This document shows, one piece after another, positions 41,998 through 42,147 of a stretch of 42,147 bases of DNA (position 1 is the stretch's first letter; the number at the start of each line of letters is the position of its first letter). The notes under the pieces were generated by a model. The model worked only from the letters and a program-made list of their open reading frames with translations. It was not told the origin of the DNA and made no database searches. This DNA is from Parcubacteria group bacterium CG1_02_44_31. GTDB taxonomy: Bacteria > Patescibacteriota > Minisyncoccia > UBA6257 > Brennerbacteraceae. Made by a program: the position numbers and the translations under genes. The DNA is taken from contig MNWK01000024.1 of NCBI GenBank assembly GCA_001872485.1, forward strand, positions 1 to 42,147. Direction: 5' to 3'.

Positions 41998-42147
41998 ATG
42001 AAATATATACTTTATGCACGAAAATCTACCGAGGAAGACGATCGACAGGTGCTTTCGATTGAAGCGCAACTCGTAGAGCTGCAAGAGTATGCCGCCAAAG
42101 AAAAACTTGAAATTGTTGCCTCGTTTTGCGAGGCGAAAACCGCAAAA
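41998..42147 (+). CDS. Serine recombinase (resolvase/invertase catalytic domain), 5' partial at the window edge
   Basis: MKYILYARKSTEEDDRQVLSIEAQ carries the YxRxST...Q active-site serine motif. The ORF runs off the window. Confidence 0.7.
   Translation, partial: MKYILYARKSTEEDDRQVLSIEAQLVELQEYAAKEKLEIVASFCEAKTAK

Overview
This is a gene-dense, moderately AT-rich bacterial chromosome segment. The gene content suggests a reduced-genome Patescibacteria/CPR-like organism: archaeal-type UMP kinase, bifunctional PGI/PMI-type SIS isomerase, EndoQ-like PHP nuclease, PolX, and a large DUF11/CARDB-like surface protein. That taxonomic call is an inference, not a database result.

The core content is translation and housekeeping:
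- Six aminoacyl-tRNA synthetases: leuS, metG, glyQS, trpS, ileS, argS.
- A YbaK-type trans-editing deacylase.
- smpB plus tmRNA, with predicted tag ANFGVNSFAPAFAVA.
- The infC-rpmI-rplT operon, secG, RNase J, recO, gpmI, tatD, an NrnA-like DHH phosphoesterase, and a ClpB-like AAA+ protein.
- tRNA-Gly(GCC), tRNA-Leu(CAG) and a tRNA-Ala(CGC).

The unusual signals are as follows:
1. ileS carries a complete histidine-phosphatase (PGAM-like, RHGES...SHG) domain inserted in the middle of the synthetase.
2. Short GC-rich palindromic or hairpin units sit in frame inside essential genes. These are 24-nt T-arm-like units in ileS at two sites in opposite orientation, 30-nt and palindromic units in leuS, and a palindrome in the PGI-like gene. 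This resembles Rickettsia palindromic elements.
3. A small SD-preceded ORF (36687-37112) is built almost entirely of about 9 different perfect GC-rich hairpins.
4. A MITE/REP-like family with ACCCTGTAGT.../...ACTAC(G/A)GGG termini and several other modular repeats fill unusually long intergenic islands (9178-9797, 14012-14399, 21091-21384, 23185-23517, 31017-31966). One copy supplies the C-terminus of the YvcK-like protein.
5. A tRNA-Ala is nested between inverted repeats and surrounded by orphan tRNA halves, next to a perfect 2 x 262-bp tandem repeat at the window start.
6. A LAGLIDADG-like ORF ends inside tRNA-Gly.
7. A serine recombinase gene begins at the right window edge.

No CRISPR array, rRNA or recognisable defence operon was seen. 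All coordinates come from manual reading and the ORF track. No similarity searches were run.
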